64,000 bases of DNA from NCBI GenBank assembly GCA_051362555.1, contig CM120640.1, positions 56,894,788 through 56,958,787 on the forward strand. Reading direction: 5' to 3'. Position 1 is the stretch's first letter. Each line of letters begins with the position of its first letter. The notes under the pieces were generated by a model. It saw only the letters and a list, made by a program, of their open reading frames with translations. It was not told where the DNA came from and did not search any database. Of the stretch, positions 1-11,550 are shown piece by piece. The DNA is from Lingula anatina (taxonomy: Eukaryota > Animalia > Brachiopoda). The position numbers and the translations under genes are program-made.

Positions 1-221
1 GTTCATTAGCTAGGGTAGGGTAAATCTCAAAAATTTTCAATAACAGGCGATTTCTGAGGCAAAATTTGGAGCTAACACAAATCTGACAACCATTTATCTC
101 TATGACAAATTATTTAGGTTGGTAAATTGAATTACATCAATTATAAGGTTCATGGCTACAATAATAACAACAGCATAGGTTATGGTTATATGTGCAGACA
201 CACCGTGTCTGTACATAAAAA
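1..221. mobile_element. Terminal fragment of a Helentron-type non-autonomous element
   Basis: Hairpin tatgtgcagacac-acc-gtgtctgtacata (189-217) followed by an A-run, nearly the same as the terminus at 4444-4477. Confidence 0.55.
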
Positions 222-1701
222 CTGGTGCAAGGTCAGCACTTAATAAAGTACGATAATGACTCAATCTTTTCAATGGGGAAAAATTGTGAATTTTGCAGAT
301 ACTGTTTAAGTAAGAATTTCTTAAAATAAGAGCATTCCTATTGAGCAATGAAAACTGAAACGCATACTACCTTATAGTTCTATTCCATGCATTAAAAGCA
401 TCACAAATGCTATACAAAAATATAATTTTTATGATTTAAAAATGATATATCTGAAAGTTTGATATTTTTGCCCATTGAAAAGATCGAGTCATTACCATAT
501 ACTGTTCTTCAGAATTTTAAGAAATACAACAAACAGATGTTTATTTACCAAAAAATCTAGGTTTGTCAACTGGAGTGATTACAACATGTTTCCCTCTTGA
601 AAACTGTAGACAGGCCTGTCTGGAAAGCTGCAAACATGAGAAAACACTCAGAACAGTGTTAAAAAAATAATACACCATCTATTTAAAATACTAGAATAAT
701 TTCAAAATGATAACAACTGTTCATTTTGAAACACATGCTACCTTATGATAACAACTGTTCATTTTGGCAGGAAAAGTGCCATAAAATTGATTTCCCTGGC
801 AAACCTGCCCTTCAACTATTCATTGTTATTGACTTGGTTTTCCCTTCAGGCATGTAATATGGTAAAATGGCCTAAAAATCATGTTTTTGGGGTTATCTAA
901 CATTAGATGATCAAATTTTTCAACCTGCACAGGGCAGTTGCCATGAGTGGGCAGCGCAAAGTGAATGAGTTACAACAAGCCCATTGTGTGTGTGCAGTAA
1001 CAGGGCATAAAGCAGTGAAAAAGGCAATCAAGCCAGTGGGGACAGTAAAGTTTGCCCTAAAAGTACATTTCATAATTGTTGCTTCCACGTTTCACCTTCC
1101 CTAAGCTAATTACCACTTTCCCCAAAAATGTGCATTTTTTTCACTATTGTAGCCAATGCGTTACGGTTGATGTAATAACTAAGTATAATGGGAAGCATTG
1201 CATCTAGGCTGCAGCATTGTGACATCCCAGCATCACAAATCACAAACATTGTCCCTCAATTTGAAGAATACTTAACACTAAGGTTGCAAAATTATAACTC
1301 ATGTCTCTTAGAATTAAGTTAAGAGTAGCTATCTTTAGAAATAATTAAAAATAAATATATCTCTCTTTTTTGCTTACTGATTACTCGATCCAAAAGAAGC
1401 CATGCATGTTTTTGTTTTCACTCGGTATGTGTTCTTAGATGTTCTAAGTTGCCCATGTTTGTACATGTGGCTGGTCATGAATAGTTTTGGGCCGCCATTT
1501 TGCACAGATTCTCCAACTAAAGTGGCTTTTAAGAGGCAAAAGTGCCCTTTATTTTACCTACCTTGGGCATTCAGAAGTCTATTCATGGTAAGTTAAATAT
1601 CCTAAGCAGGTGTTAAGTTTCACAGTGTGTAAAAAAAAAAACAGATGACGGTTGAAACTAACCTTACAGGACTGTCTATGGGAAAGCTGATTGGCTTTAC
1701 A

Positions 1702-1875
1702 GGGGCCGTAGCAATAGTCCGAAGGTTCAATAGTCCGAAGGTTCATTGGTCCGAATATTCACTATAGAACCTTCGGACCAATGAACCCTTGATTAAAAAA
1801 TCGATGAAAATGTTACCACTTTTCGGACCAATGAACCTTCGGACCAATGAACCTTCGGACTATCGAGACGCCCCC
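1702..1875. mobile_element. Foldback-type (Mutator-like) MITE with 9-bp TSD
   Basis: Exact TSD GGCTTTACA at 1693-1701 and 1876-1884. Termini GGGGCCGT / ACGCCCCC. Inverted arms are built from ~15-bp units (gtccgaaggttcatt / aatgaaccttcggac). Confidence 0.85.
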
Positions 1876-2503
1876 GGCTTTACAAATAAATTACAGGAGA
1901 GTTTGACTCGAGGAGCTGAGAGGTTAAGCAAAATATGTGAGAGCTCCCAACACGCAGCTATGTCGCAAGCTGGCCAACATTTGACAGTAATGTACGCCTT
2001 AATCTTTTATGCGTTAGTACGAATAGTAAATAAACCGTACTGCTTAAAAAAAGACAGCACTGTGGATAAACAACAGCACGCAAGGATAAACTTCGTGCAA
2101 ATGCTAAGTAGGTCTATAAATTTAGCTCACGACATTACTACAGGGCATTTTATAGTATCACGGGAATAGAGGTTCTTAAAAGTTAGCGTTGCTAGTACCT
2201 GCAAAAACGTTGACATAGATCTATACATGATTCTTTCCCCTGCGTTACAGCGACAACGTGCTTCTTAAGTCTATATGTATATTTATGTAAATGATTCGGT
2301 CTTTTAAAGTACCTTATATTTTACTTCTTGTGCACAAACCAACCTATTAAAGACTTTAATTTATACGCTGTTTTGAAAACAAAGAATTATTAATAAAATA
2401 AGTGAGAATATTCTATTGTTTTAACAAGTATATTTTATACGAAACTATGTGATTTGAATAGCTTTGTTTGCGATGTAACTGCATTAGTGTAATGCACTAA
2501 AAT

Positions 2504-4477
2504 AACAAGGCAGCAAAGCTGTCAAATGTACAGACAAAAAGCAGGAAATAACAAAATAGTTTACTGTCAATTCTGATGCAAAAGTGCATTATGTTAAACT
2601 GCAAATTCAACATCAAATTTTAATTATGCTCAACAGGTAATTCCAATGTAAGTAAAATGTGTAACAAGCATAAGGCTTCAGGCCCATGGGAGTTCAAGTT
2701 CACACTTTGAAAATGTTTAACTTCCAGAAAAAGAAGCCAAGTAGACTGCTTTTCCAACTCTGGCTGCATTTTAGTCCTGTATTTCTTTTTTGAAAGTTTG
2801 GCAATCATAAGTAACATGGTTTTCCCATAATGGTCATCATGGCAGCAGCACCCAAAATTGTGTTTTCTTCTATTCTGATGCAATATTACATAATTGTTAA
2901 CAGCATATTGACCGGCAATTTTTAATAATAAAATATACCTATCATGGATTTTCAGAAAATGTGACTAGCATGGGTTTTCAAGCCCTTGAAACTTCAAACT
3001 CACACCTTGAAAATGCCAATATGTGAAAAATTAAATTTTCACAAAAAAACTGTTTAACTGGCAGTAAGAATTACCAAACAGACTGCATTGCCTGCTGAGG
3101 CTGTATTTTAGTCCCATATTTCTTTCCTGTAAGTTAAAGAACAGTAAGTGACATGGTTTTCCTTAAATGGTCATCATGGGAGCAGTGCCCAAAATAGGTT
3201 TTTTTCAAATTTTGATGCAATATTACATAATGTTTAACAGCATAATGACCATCAATTTTTAATAATAAAATATTAGTATTATGGATATTCAGAAAATGTG
3301 ACTAGCAAAGGTCTTCATGGAACTTCAAAGTTACAAAGTTGAAAATGCCAAAATGTAAACAAGACCGCCCTGTTCTGAAATGTTTTTTTTTTTCTCCATT
3401 TTTAACACTTTTTAACATAAAACAAAATTAACAGTTTACTGCCATTTTTATATGATCAACGAAGAAAATTGATGAGATGGGAAAAATATCAATAGAACAG
3501 TGTTAAATGTCCAATTTCTTCCATTCTGAGATTCTGAACATAGTGAATGATTGAATCTGACAAACTGCAATGATATGAGTTTATTTCCATTTTTGAAACT
3601 TTATAACACAATACATGATAACAAGTTTACCATAATTTTTACAAAATCAACTAACAATGTTGTAAAGATGCAGGAAATGTCAAACAAACACTTTTATGTA
3701 TCTTATTAATTAAATAATGAAACTGTTAACATGCCTAAGAATTGAATCTGAGGAAATGTGAAACAAGACAGCACTGTTCTGACATGGGTTTATTTCCATT
3801 TTTAACACTTTTTTTAACATAAAACAAAATAAACAGTTTACTGCAATTTTTATATGATCAACTAAGAAAATTGATGAGATGGGAAAAATATCAATAGAAT
3901 AGTGTTAAATGTCCAATTTCTTCCATTCTGAACATAATGTATGATTGAATCAGACAAACTGCAATGATATGAGTTTATTTCCATTTTTGACACTTTATTA
4001 CACAATCCAGGATACCATGTTTACCATCATTTTTACATAATCAACTAACAATGTTGTAAAGATGCAGGAAATGTCAAACAAACACTTTTACATATCTTAT
4101 TAGTTCAATAATGAGACTGTTAACATGCCTAAGAGTTGAATCTGAGGAAATGTGAAAAAACAGCATAACTTCTAAAATAATGCCCCGATTATGCTGATTT
4201 TTGAACTCAACCTGCGTTTTAGTAAGATTGACCACTCCTTCAGGCCCATGGGAGTTCAAGTTCACACTTTGAAAATGTATAACTTCCAGAAAAAGAAGTC
4301 AATTAGACTGCTTTTCCAACTCAGGCTGCATTTTAGTCCTGTATTTCTTTTTTGAAAGTTTGGCAATCATAAGTAACATGGATTTTCCATAATGTGTTTA
4401 CGGCGACGGCAACGACGGCAACGACAGACGCAGGTGATGGCAATATGTACATACACATCTGTGTCTGTACATAAAAA
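2504..4477. mobile_element. Helentron-associated non-autonomous element (HINE-like) carrying internal tandem satellite
   Basis: Subterminal inverted repeat atgtacagaca (2526-2536) / tgtctgtacat (4462-4472), terminal hairpin at 4444-4473, short gacggcaac microsatellite at ~4400-4430, A-rich flanks, internal tandem repeats. Confidence 0.7.
2670..4395. repeat. Degenerate tandem satellite array inside the HINE-like element
   Basis: ~3358-3760 is repeated at ~3761-4155. 2677-2832 is nearly identical to 4238-4394. ~2680-3010 is similar to ~2990-3350. Confidence 0.9.
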
Positions 4478-4659
4478 CAAGATCAGTTGCAATTCAACAA
4501 AAGAAACAGTCATTCCCATCAAATAAGGGTGATATAAAAGCAAACTATATTACTAGGTAATTAATATTGTTGATATAACTTAACAAATCGGCGAGACTTA
4601 TATACCGTTAGGTCAGCAATATTACTGGCCAAGAAGAGCCACTCGCCAACATGGCGGCT

Positions 4660-4828
4660 TACCCTTAAGAGATTATATAACAAAAAAAAACAAACTTTTA
4701 GAAAAAAAAAACGGACTATCTTTGAATGTAAAAATGAATTCATTAACCATTGGTAAGTATGGGAAATTTGTTGTTTACTCCAGGGAAATTCATTTTTTGG
4801 CCAAAACGAAGAGTTATTATCCCTTTAA
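4660..4828 (+). mobile_element. Partial (right-end) copy of the Kolobok-like element at 36649-36987
   Basis: Aligns by eye with ~36825-36991 and ends gagttattatccct-TTAA. Confidence 0.7.
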
Positions 4829-5229
4829 TACATGCATGTATGAAGAAGTTGTTGTATAGAAATTAAAGAATAAAAGAGCATATTTAACCGGACCTTGGAC
4901 TCCTGTTAATTCAAAATATATCTCTCTCTTTCTCTCTCTCTCTCTCTGATCTTTCAATGAGTTGTCTGCTTAAATTATTTAACTCACTTTTTTACATTTC
5001 ACTATAAGATTATATATTTTAAAAAAGAAAATAATAGTTGTGGGATAATTAACAGATACACTGTACATCAGGGAGGCAATATTTTAGTCTTGGTAAAAGT
5101 GAAAAAAAGAAAGAATCAAATATATTAACGTAAAAGATTTCCTGGCCCGCTGTGCCGTTTTCTCCCAAATGTAACTGACACCACACGAGTAGAGGTCATT
5201 AAAGAGAGGTCATTAAAGAAAGTGAACGC

Positions 5230-5266
<37 letters not shown>

Positions 5267-5466
5267 TTTATTTCTCTCTCTGATATTTCAAAAGATTGCC
5301 TGCTATAATTATTTTTTTATGGCACAGCGTGTAGTTTTTGTACATTGTGTTTTTTGGAGGATTTATACGACACGTGGGGAGGCGTGTGGGAGGCAGAGAG
5401 ACCATTACAGGATTAAGGGGTCTTCCTTTCATGTAGGTCCAACATATTTAGGCCGTGGGCCAGTAA

Positions 5467-6012
5467 GAGCGCATTCTCAACGAATTAAGCCAGGCTTTAC
5501 AAAGCCGGTGACCTAAAAATGGCGGACGTACATGAAAGAAAAACCGCCTAATCTTTTAATAGTCTCTCCGCCTCTCACACGCCTCCCCACACGTCGTCCC
5601 TGCGGGGTACAGTAATTAAATCTCGGCTCCGAACATTAATATTTCCGTGAATATCTCTGGTGATATTATCTCCGTAGATAGTCGATTCATTGCTGCTCTA
5701 CAGGCCAAATTATTCCTTTTTCGTCTCTGTTTTCAAAGATAATAGAACAGAAGAGCTTTTTTCCTTCGATCGCCTTCAGCCGCCATGCTTTCTTCACCAC
5801 GAGTTTAACTGATGAGCATGCGCACTTAATATTTCTCAGGTAGCTTCCGCATGGCGAACGGAGACGCGATTTAATTACTGTACCACACAGGGACGACGTG
5901 TGGGGAGGCGGAGAGACTATTAAAAGATTAGGCGGTTTCTCTTTCATGTACGTCCGCCATTTTTGGGTCACCGGCTTTGTAAAGCCTGGCTTAATTCGTT
6001 GAGAATGCGCTC
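5467..6012. mobile_element. PIF/Harbinger (Tourist-like) MITE, young copy
   Basis: TAA TSD at 5464-5466 and 6013-6015. Near-perfect ~150-bp TIRs starting GAGCGCATTCTCAACGAATTAAGCC. CpG-rich. Confidence 0.92.
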
Positions 6013-6279
6013 TAAGCAAGCCGATTTTCTCATTCTGAATGGACCCATAGATCATTTTAAAAAATTAACCAAACATTTTTGTCAGCATCTCATGTATCAT
6101 GTATATATACTTTGCAATGGACTGACCCCAGGTGGATTAATTTTTAGGAAGTTGTCATATGTATTAAGAATATATACCACAAAAAATATTATATGTTAAA
6201 AATGCAACAACAACAACTAGTTTTAATCTCTAGCAGGAACAGCTGCTGAATAAACTCCTAGCATGAGTGTTATTCAAGC

Positions 6280-8527
6280 AGCAAGCTTGCTTTTATTTCA
6301 CATGGCACTGCAGAATTATGCACCTTTGTTGTTACAATGTTTAAGTTTGGCAAGTGTAGAGCAGCTGGCATTTCATTAACAGTAAATCTATCTACACATT
6401 ATAATTTAGTTGAGCAAATTGTACTACAATCACACTAAATAATCAATTTACAATCAACATCAAACAATAATTTACAGGATATGAATATTAAACTTTTTGT
6501 TACAAATCAACAAGACTACTTGTATGTTTATATATTTCATAATATCTATATCATTTAACAAATTATGCATATCTAAAACATTTTAATATATTGTATATAT
6601 ACTTTCTCTTTAATATGTAGCTCTTATTTACAGCACCTGAACCATATTGCGTGCACCCATAAACAATGAGTTTTGTCAGTCAGGCAACTAAACAATCTGT
6701 TACTAGAACACATTTAGGTTCTTTGCTTGTTGAATGCTCACAACTGCATCTTATAACGTTCTCATTTTATAAGAAATTTTACTGCAAGAATGCAAGAGTA
6801 CTAAATAAGCATTCAAGATACAGGGCCTTACATTAATATGAATACTTTGCTGTTGCAGAACTGCAAAGAGTCAGAACCTTATCTTCAAATATCTAAAGAA
6901 CATGTACAACTATTTCACTTGCAAAAGAAAGGGAAAACAAATCTATGTAATTTCAATTATATATAAATATCTAACTCCCTGAACAGTGATATCTTCACCT
7001 CCATAAGCTCACCAGTATGACTTCATCTTATTTAACAAATAATTTAGCCAACTTAAAATATAGTCAAATTCAAATTGTGGACTGGGAATTGTTATGAAAA
7101 TCACTTATTACTGACTCTCAGTGAACAAGTGACAGCAGTGTAGCTATGTGCTGACTAGTCTGGCAGAACAAAAATTAAAAAGTTAATTTTTGTCAGCATT
7201 TTCACAAGTACATACAAAATTAAATGAGTTCAATGTCAAGAAAAACTGGGTCTCTTTGTAGTAATTGGGTTTTCTGAATTTTATAATGGTTTCCAGAAAG
7301 CTCAGCCCTTGATGAAGACCAAACAAAACACTATTTTTCGCAGGCCATCAATGCTGTGTTCCCTGTACAACTGCCAGAGACATTCAACTCATATACCACA
7401 TACTTAAATAGGTTGTTGATCTTTTCTAGTGATATAAGTTTTACTCATCATTGTTTATATGTGTTTTTCAATTTTTCCTTTAAAATTCAACTTGAAATGC
7501 TACAACCTTTCTTTTCATTATTTTGAGCTGTGATTAGAATGTTTTACCTAAAGTGTTACTTGGTGAATGGGGCCTATCAGACTGAAAACTAACATTAACC
7601 ATCAATGAGCATCAAAATATTTTTTAAACGAACATTTATGAGAGATATTCAAGTCATGTGCTGTTCAATGTCTGCCAAAATAATAATAGCAATAATAGCT
7701 GTAATAATAAAAATAAGGGATGAGTTAAGAAATAAAGCCCTGATGGGAAGAAAAAAGTAGGAAATTTAAATGTACTAAATGCAAATTCTTTAATATGAAA
7801 ATAAATAAATGCAAGCTGAATCAAATAAAGAAAACTTTTTGTGTGTTCCCTTTATATTAAACTACTACTTAAAACTTCCAACCAATTGATATATAACCAA
7901 TCCCACTACATACATCATATCCAGCAGGTATTTTTTTGCCTTTGCTATGATAAAATATGAAAATTCTGTAATTATGGATAGCAATTCCACACTGAATGAA
8001 TAAATGATAAATGCCACACTCCATAAATGCAGAAACAAAGTTGGAAGACCTTAAATCTTTGGCAAGTTTATTTTGGTTTTCTCCCAACCCTACTCCAGCT
8101 TAAAATGTATCAAAAAATAACACTAGGCATCAGCAGTTATAAAGATCAACCAAATGCGAGAAAAATAAATAAAAAAGAACAAACTAAAATGTAATGTCAC
8201 CATTTTAACAATTGTAAGAAGCAGTAAAACTCGTGTGTTTTACTGTACCAATAGTGGACACAGATAAATTTGTGGGACCCATTACCATGCAGCATTTGCT
8301 CTATTCACATTTTGACTTGGAATAACTTGAGGGAAACCCTATGTAGTTATTATTTCTTACAGTCCTGTGAATGACTTTGTATATTATGCTGCTTTAACTG
8401 CAAACTCATGGAGAAGTGGTGCTGGAACCTGAATCTATCTATTATGTATAAGACTTAATCTCCGGGTCTACATATACATTATTTGCCATAAGGCCTAATC
8501 AAGTCAGCTACCAAGTCAAGCATATGA
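6280..8527 (-). other. Putative SoxD 3' UTR, AU-rich, candidate AATAAA at 6292-6297
   Basis: AT-rich stretch with no recognisable repeat after the stop codon. Minus-strand AATAAA lies just before the repeat cluster starts. Pumilio-type TGTAAATA at 6625-6632. The end point is inferred. Confidence 0.5.
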
Positions 8528-8772
8528 TCAAACAGCATGCAACGCCTGTTCTGTTTGGATAACTTCTGAGTCAGACAAATCATCTTCCTGAGAATGTTCT
8601 TCCATCTCCATGGAGATGTCATTGCTGGCATCCATGCTACTGTCACTGACATTGCCATTGTAAGCATCATGTTGTGGGGAGCTATCATTGTCAGTGTGCT
8701 CCTGGCTGCCTGGAAACATGGGCTGATCAACAGAGGCTGTAGAGCTGCTGGGACTGGCAAGGAGAGAGTTAC
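8528..8772 (-). CDS. SoxD: SoxD last coding exon (acidic Ser/Asp-rich C-terminus, ends ALHAV*)
   Basis: Strong acceptor ctttttccccctcag. Phase-1 entry reads into ORF 8528-8719, ending at TGA. Confidence 0.88.
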
Positions 8773-8974
8773 CTGAGGGGGAAAAAGTGATTTGAGAACA
8801 ATTTCACTGGAGTAGAATGCTCCTCAAAATTTGACAAGACTTGGATTATGATCTTATTAACAAGAAATGACTTTAACATCCTGAAATGCTATGTAAGCAA
8901 GACTGATAAAAAATAACCAAAGAGTGCCTTGACTGAGATAACACACAGACTGGTAAAAAAGGTTATCTAATCTA

Positions 8975-9200
8975 GGACCCAATTCCCATAGATTTTAGAT
9001 CGATCTATCCCTGTGGGGAGTCTTGCTAGATTACTGTCAGCTTAGCCGGCTTAAGCGTCTGTCCCGCCTACTAAAAGCTGTAAGGGGGTAATTAACTACG
9101 GTGCGCGCTCGGCTGACTGCAATTTAGCATGAACCCCCAGCAAGTTAGGTCGATCTAAATCTTAATCTCTGGATCGATCTAAATCTCTGGGAATGCACCC
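8975..9200. mobile_element. Harbinger-like MITE in the last SoxD intron
   Basis: ~30-bp imperfect TIRs (ggacccaattcccatagattttagatcgatc / gatcgatctaaatctctgggaatgcaccc). The left half matches the copy at 54024. Confidence 0.8.
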
Positions 9201-9272
9201 TAGGTGTTTCAACTGACAATATAATCTGACAAAGTTAAGATGGGCAGGGCACCAGATCTGCAAAGGTCTTAC

Positions 9273-9421
9273 TATATAACTGCTCCAGATACTGTGGTGA
9301 TGGTTGCTCTGCAGAGTACCACATCCTCCTGGCATCATGCTTTCTGTTCTTCATTAAAGCTTTATATTCAGAGATCCGTAGCTTTTTGCCATCAACAATG
9401 CAAGTTCTTTTGGGTCTAGGC
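9273..9421 (-). CDS. SoxD: SoxD post-HMG exon ([24 protein letters not shown]...)
   Basis: [19 protein letters not shown] is the SoxD-specific tail. Acceptor ttatttcag, donor A|gtaaga, 149 nt, phase 2 to 1. Confidence 0.95.
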
Positions 9422-9658
9422 CTGAAATAAAAAAAAATACACAGAATGAATCATGTTTTTTTCCTGTAAATAGCAACAGATATCCTTTACCTCATTATGT
9501 AAAGTAATTCACCATACTGCAATAGTTGAGCATGGCTACTTCTACTGGCTGGCTGTATGTTCAAACTGCATAACCAGGTATAGTGGTAAATATGCAATGT
9601 CACAAATTTTGTTAATATGTATCATGATTACATTAAAAACCAAACATTAAAATTCTAC

Positions 9659-9764
9659 CTGTAACGATAATCTGGGTGCTTTTCCATGTGTATTTTACTG
9701 AGACGAGACTGCTCTTCATAAAATGGTTGTTTCTCAGCATTAGACATGGCCTTCCACTTGGCAC
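9659..9764 (-). CDS. SoxD: SoxD HMG box, C-terminal part ([35 protein letters not shown])
   Basis: Manual translation. Acceptor tttttgtag, donor AG|gtagaa, 106 nt, phase 1 to 2. Confidence 0.97.
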
Positions 9765-9832
9765 CTACAAAAACATCCATTTCATTTGAGAAAAACTTTG
9801 CATATTACATATTATAACTACCAATTACAAGA

Positions 9833-9929
9833 TCATTTTATTTCAATTAAAGCAAACTTTCTGAACTTGTGGTCTACACAATTCATTTTATTTCACTTTA
9901 AGCAAACTTTCTGAACTTGTGGTCTACAC
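9833..9929. repeat. ~50-bp tandem duplication in the intron splitting the HMG box
   Basis: tcattttatttca...aagcaaactttctgaacttgtggtctacac occurs twice. Confidence 0.9.
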
Positions 9930-10027
9930 GATTTTCTATTTTTACCTTTGTCTTTTGAATACATTTTTCATCTGTAAAAACTAATTTTGTTATTCTTGCA
10001 GCTATATGAAAATAAAAAGAAATATAC

Positions 10028-10198
10028 CTAAAATTTTGCTGATGTTAGAGTTGTGCATATCTGGGCATGCCTTTAGAATTTTCCTTCTCTCCTCCCTTGC
10101 CCAAACCATAAATGCATTCATAGGTCTCTTTACATGGGGCTTCTTCGCATCCTCTTTCTCTTTGTTGGAACGAATTATTTTAGCACCAAACATACGAC
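10028..10198 (-). CDS. SoxD: SoxD HMG box, N-terminal part ([38 protein letters not shown])
   Basis: Group-D diagnostic HMG sequence. Acceptor aattacag, donor G|gtatat, 171 nt, phase 1 to 1. Confidence 0.97.
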
Positions 10199-10454
10199 CT
10201 GTAATTATAAGGGAAAGAGCATTCATACTTAGAACCAATGAATCCAAATTCTGCACCAATATTTTAGTCTACACATCAAGAACATGGTTATTCTGAGATA
10301 TAACTTGTGCACATGGGCAAAGTAGTTACTTCTGAATCATTCAATTTTCAAGGTCCCATTTTGTTTCAATCAACCAAATTAATTTCCAAACTTAACCTTT
10401 TTTCTAGTAAATTTTTGTGCCATATACCTGTCCATTTTCAAAACCACCACTTAC

Positions 10455-10650
10455 TCTGCAGTTGTTGAACATAACTACTCTGAGGCAACTCTTCACTAGT
10501 CAAGTCCACTGTATCTTTCATTGGTTTCATCAGTGACATCTGTGGCATGGCTGAATTTGGCATGGCATAAACTGGCATAGGAGGCATACCAGAGTAGAGA
10601 GCACTTAGAGTTTGCGGCAGGCTAAGTAGTGGGGACTTAATTACACTCTC
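10455..10650 (-). CDS. SoxD: SoxD coding exon (ESVIKSPLL...SYVQQLQ)
   Basis: Acceptor ttatttttag, 196-nt open frame, donor A|gtaagt. Phase 0 to 1 fits both flanking exons. Confidence 0.9.
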
Positions 10651-10984
10651 CTAAAAATAAATTAGAATGCCTTACAAATGGACATTGTTAAAAATTAATT
10701 TGCTTAACTTAATTTTTGGTATTTATTTATTGCTATTCTACCAGTTTTACAAAAAGGCAATTTAAAACATGCAAAATAAATGAAAGAAATAAAAATTTAA
10801 CTTAAATAATGTTTCTGATATTATTAATCTTAAAATCTAACCATCATTTTCTTTTAAAATTGCTCAAGATAAAAAGTTCTGTGTTTCTTTGCATTCAACT
10901 GGATTAATTAAAAATAGGAATATCCACATGATGGCAATCAGCTTTCCTCTTAGAAGAACAACCCAATATGTGTTATCTTCATAC

Positions 10985-11550
10985 CTTTAAAGAGTCTGAG
11001 GTTGTTGGTGTGGTAGCAGAGACTGTTGTGGCAGGAAGACTTGTGGGCAGTAAGCTGGCCATGGGTAAGCTGGTGGGGACGGGGCGGGCTGCTGAGTGTG
11101 CAGGAATACCCACATATGGATTACTCACATAGTGAGGCGTGGCTGCTGCAAAAGCACGATGCTTCATTCCTAAGTGATCTGGTGGTGGAGGCAGTGAAGA
11201 CAGGCTGCTGCGTGCATGGTTACTGTGTGCTGGAGGAGGCTGCACAAAATTCTGAAGCTCAGACCTTGCTGCCCCAGAATGGTGATTCTGTGTATCATTG
11301 TGGTTGACATCTTTCTTCACAGAGAAATCCATCTTAGGTTTGGTGAGGTTGAGAGGACCATCACAGCTATTGACACTTCCTGAGATGCTCTTTGGAGCCT
11401 GGTGTACACCAACTGATGGAGATCTTGCCATTAGTGGTGATGTCTGTGGGGAGGGGTTGTAAGGTGAGGTAGCTGCTGGGGGAGAGCGGCCAGTGTCCAC
11501 TGTGAGGGGCATGGAAGCCAAGGATGATGCCTGTGAATGGTTCACTCCAA
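10985..11550 (-). CDS. SoxD: SoxD coding exon, Ser/Pro-rich, with PLNLT (CtBP-type PxDLS-like) motif
   Basis: ORF 10979-11545 contains PLNLTKPK, similar to the PLNLS motif of Sox5/6. Acceptor atttcag at 11551 (phase 1; an in-frame alternative acceptor at 11531 is possible). Donor AAG|gtatga at 10985, phase 0. Confidence 0.88.

Noticed and set aside
1711-1862. Short regularly repeated units superficially like a CRISPR array
   Set aside because: No unique spacers, units are inverted between arms, a 9-bp TSD is present, and the context is eukaryotic.
5319-6199. ORFs sharing RAHSQRIKPGFTKPVT on opposite strands
   Set aside because: Artefact of translating the two TIRs of the MITE; no transposase similarity.
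8479-8760. 93-aa alternative-frame ORF overlapping the last SoxD exon
   Set aside because: Splice phase selects the 8528-8719 frame, and the ORF has no recognisable domain.
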